A DNA stretch of 64,000 nucleotides from Botryllus schlosseri (Eukaryota), in contig CM119378.1 in NCBI GenBank assembly GCA_051294905.1, positions 8,122,001-8,186,000 of the forward strand, read 5' to 3'. A program made the translations under genes and the position numbers. The notes below the pieces were generated by a model that had not been told where the DNA came from, made no database searches, and saw only the letters and a list, made by a program, of their open reading frames with translations. Shown here piece by piece: positions 59,880 through 64,000 of the stretch. Position 1 is the stretch's first letter. Each line of letters starts with the position of its first letter.

Positions 59880-62039
59880 TGTTCTAGCTAGTGTCGTCTG
59901 ATATCGACGCCTCGGCTATAATTGAATCCCTTCGCCAGCTATCAAGGTTTAGGTAGAGGAATAATAGGAGCTCTAGCTGCATCCCAATTTATGTTTAGAC
60001 AATGTGGAAGACGACACCATTTTCGTTGGATGCATCACAGCGTATGTCAGAGGTTCTTGACCTTTAATATCCTGACGAACATTTACGCTAATCTGCAAGC
60101 ATTCCGGGAACACCGACATCTACCACATTGCACAATTAACTACAAAATACAATTAGTAAGCTACATTACTACGGATTACTGGTGCACAAAATGAACGGTG
60201 CATCAGCGTTAAAAGTACAAAACCATTAAAATATATTATTTTTATTAAAACGAAATCAGTATGATGAGTATTTATTGCTAATTGTGAATTCTGCTATTAC
60301 ATTTCAGACACCAGTTTGAATATGCGAGGCTTCGCCTTAGAAAGTGCCTTCGTAACGTTCTGTCTAGAGACGCAACAGCTAGATATCAGTTTCCTAATGC
60401 AAATGAGTTATTAAATTTTTGAGATAGAATCGGGTTTCATAATGATGGGGTGTCGATTTCGTACCGCAACCTCCCCTGGGTACGCCTCTGCACACGACGT
60501 AACAACAGAACACAGCTGATGGCGTCTAATTGTCTGCAGTCAATGATGGGCAAGACAGGCGTGTCATTACGAATCATATGCGTGAGTTGAGTGCTTCTGT
60601 GTGTCTGGACCACCAGCGGAACTCCTGAGACCGGCTTAGGGAGCCCCCGGCTTCATGGAAACACCGATCAAGAACCGCTGCTATATACGCCATATATTTT
60701 TCTTTATTGTAGATGTTTTCCTAGCTTCCAAATCATTATACTGGCTACACCCCAGTCATAGGTACGCACATACCGGCCGTTTGAGAACAGAATCGGTTTA
60801 TCTTGTACAACGAATTCGGACGGATTATCCTGTCTTGGGTAAAATCCGATTCTTGTAGACGTCGAGTGCGAATTCGGTGAGTCATATACAGTAATTGGAA
60901 TTTGACAAGAGGCTCATCAACTGTGACCAATGATAAAATTCAAAACTCGCATATAGTCCGCCCTCGAGATTACCGGACCACGATCTGAATTATCGATCTC
61001 GCCTTTAATGACATGCCACCCCATTTTTGTCGCTTGCTTTTTCTATACTATCTTCTTATACTTTCCATTCAGTGTGCATATGCCTCCTCTTTACATTGTC
61101 TAGGCCAGGGGCGGGCAACTTCTCCAGTCGGCGGGCCGGATACAGGAAAATTAAGAACTTGTCGGGCCAGATTTCTGAATCGATACATTATTCACCCATT
61201 TATCCACATATATAGGCTACAAGGAATATATCGTATTTATTGAATATATTTTAACGACAGCAATGTAACTTCAAAGCCATTTCTCGCCAATAATGGCGAA
61301 GACAATGTGGATTTGAGAACAGCTTTGTCATACAGGCACCATCATGTATGCTTCTCTCTGATCAATCAACACACGGTGCAATTCTCAATTAAGATTTCAA
61401 GGCGTTCGATAAGCCCGGTACCCCATATTTACCAAGATATCAATTCATTAGGGTTTAGGAGGTGACGAGATAGCGTGGTTGTTCAACCATGTGGCCTATT
61501 TTATCTCGATATTGAATTCATGCGGCCCGCGGCCTCCACGAAATTTGAAAGTGGCCCCCGACTCGTTTTGAGTTGGTGACCCCGGGTACAAGCGGTGTCG
61601 GAAGCCTGGAAGTGTGCCGTGCTACAAGTCGACGGTTACGGAATCAAAAATAAAAAAATATCGGCCTGGCGTAAATGACCATTGTAGTCGACACTCGACA
61701 AACACCGTGGTTACCACAAATGACGTTAGGGTGGAGTACATCGTAAATGCCGATAATGCAATAAGTCTTCTCGCTTCGACGAATTTATGCGTAAGCTCCA
61801 CCATAGGCGCCGAGTTAGGGGGTGGCGGGGTGGCGCAGCCACCCCATGACACATTTATGGGGTGGCGGCCACCCCATACAAAAAGATTAAACGCCCGCCG
61901 TCTGCGATTTCAAATCATCAGCGCTGTCGATTTAGCGAGTCCGTGATAGCGCGTAAATGTCAACTATTACCGTTAACCGATACGCGCGCGAACAATTGAA
62001 TACGCAGCTTCGTTGGCGACGATGAGCTGGTGCTTAAAA

Positions 62040-63900
62040 CGCCCCAATAAATTGTAATCCGTAATTAGTAATCAGACAATCAAAGCAACCTCGTTTACGA
62101 CGTCGATTACGACACGCTTGCGCCGAGAAACACCATCTTCTCTCTCGACCGGACGAGCGAATTCCCGTTCGTTCTTCTTCTCTAAATTAAATCGTATTTG
62201 CGCCCATATTCGTTTACAAAATATTTCTCGAGTTAGTTCCAAGATAGTCTCTTTAATTGGAGGCTTGGAGCGAAATAGAACATTGTGTTTGGGTATGACT
62301 GCGAATTGAAAGTCATTCCTGCGCAACGTGCGCATATTCATTACTCTAACAAGGCTTTGCCAACTTATCAGGAAATGCAACAATGCAGCTCGGACATCGT
62401 TTTAATGTGCAAACAATTGTCGTGATGTGAGACTTGGAACCCTATTGTACTGTACGCAAGTTGAGGAATTACTGATTAGATGCGCGCTTTCTCGTTTGCT
62501 ATCATCTGCAGGCTACTAATTCTTGTCTGCTTTATACACTTGTATTCCCTCGGTGTCACTTGTCAGTGTTTGTTTTGTTAATAATACTGCGCATTGTGCA
62601 GTGCACGGCGTTGAATTACGTTGTCAAAATTGATGCAACACGAGATTCTCGCTGGCGCAAATTCTGAATTTATTCGATTAGTTTGAACGGGAACCTTCTA
62701 TGTTCCAATAAACTTCATTACTGGACGGACTGCATCGAGCGCACCATATCGCGGATCGAATTTCAACCCTTTGGGATATGTATTTCTGTTGATAAGGTCG
62801 CGGCATTCGCCCATATTGCTCTTACTGCAATAACACGCGGATAATTAAAAGCGCACCATTTTAAGATCAAATTCGACTGGCTAATCGGGGCCTGTAGACC
62901 GTAGGCTCCGGGCTGATATTAACCAGCGCGTTGTCGGCATAAAAACCCCAGGTGCGTAGCCAGGGAGTTTCTCATTTATAACTAGAAATCTCGTCCTCTT
63001 TGAAATGTTAATTCACTAATTCGTATTATTGATGCTTCATACTGCAAATTAGCGAGAATCATGTGTATGCGAAACGGGTCATCGATATCTCATGTGCACT
63101 ATCGTCGGTGGTTTAATTTACCGCATCCGCATGCAGTCCTGCTACCGTCCGCAGAAACACTTTCGCCGAACAGTAACAATCTCTGAGTGAAATTCTTTGT
63201 GTTTATGTATCTTTTTGATTAAAACTCAGGCCCGCGTCTGAACAAATTGTGCTCGTTGCCATTGCCGTATCTGGGTATTTAGATATGACTAACGCACCCT
63301 GTAATTGTAATTATTGCAGGTTTGCGGCATGTCTGCAATTTCGTTATCAGCGCAACTTTGCCAGCCGATTGTACAGTCCGATAAAATTAATTACTACTAT
63401 ATATTTCGCACCGCGTACTGATGCTGATTTCAGCAAACTAACGATCCTTATTAGATGGACAAATTCGACCTCATCGTTAGAAACGTAGATTTCATCGCGA
63501 GCTCTGAGAAACACCATCTCCTATCGCGATTTGACGGCTAAATATACGTCCACCTTCTACAAATTAAAGTCCATTATTGGCATCGATGAGGGCCGCAAGC
63601 CGCGTATAAAATATTTTGTGAACCATTTTTGTGATAAATATTCTTTGAGCGCAAAGTTGAACAGTGTTTTATTGTGTGTGCCTGCTAGACGGAATTTATT
63701 CCAGTGCCCATAATATTATTTCCAATTATACTTTACAAACGTAAATCTGGAAATGCAGCAATGCAGTCAAAATCGATGTTTTCATCAGCAACCAATTGTC
63801 GCGATGCGAGCTACTCAATACTAAGTAAAAACCCATCGTGTTGGCGGTAAGGAATAATTACTGATTGGCCGCGTGCGTTTGTAATAATTCTTGTCTGTCT
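62040..63900. repeat. Diverged tandem duplication (62040-62540 versus about 63420-63900, period about 1.38 kb)
   Basis: Collinear shared blocks GAGAAACACCATCT, AAATTAAA, AAATGCA.CAATGCAG, CAATTGTCG.GATG, AATTACTGATT, TAATTCTTGTCTG. Confidence 0.7.
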
Positions 63901-64000
63901 TTCGCCTTCCAGAATTGTCGCGCCGTGTTACTGCTCAGTCCAGCGACGGATGCTGAGTACGCGGCAATCAATGACCTAATTCCAGAATCATCTCAGCGGG

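Overview
Eukaryotic (metazoan) nuclear DNA with short GT-AG introns, probably a marine invertebrate such as a tunicate (inference; no database check possible). I assembled four complete spliced genes by hand, and exon lengths and phases sum to whole codons in each: RCE1 (+, 284 aa), NAA80 (-, 233 aa), HMGCR (-, 824 aa) and a 14-exon GCLC-like gene (-, 599 aa) with a GC-AG first intron. There is also the last coding exon of a ChaC gamma-glutamylcyclotransferase (+) and a 239-aa ORF (53414-54133, +) whose pattern fits an IL-1/IL-18/FGF-type beta-trefoil with an Asp-ended pro-region. The rest is dense with mobile DNA: several hAT-type MITE families with 8-bp target-site duplications (often nested), a tRNA-derived SINE, a retroposon 3' tail, CR1/L2-type and Tx1/L1-type LINE remnants, and Penelope-like fold-back insertions carrying minimal hammerhead ribozyme motifs. 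Best leads: (1) the IL-1-like cytokine candidate, (2) a GCLC whose substrate-pocket residues are systematically replaced, (3) hammerhead-bearing Penelope hairpins, (4) an HMGCR lacking the vertebrate post-translational control sites. All homology calls come from motif recognition by eye, and residue numbers are recalled and need verification.
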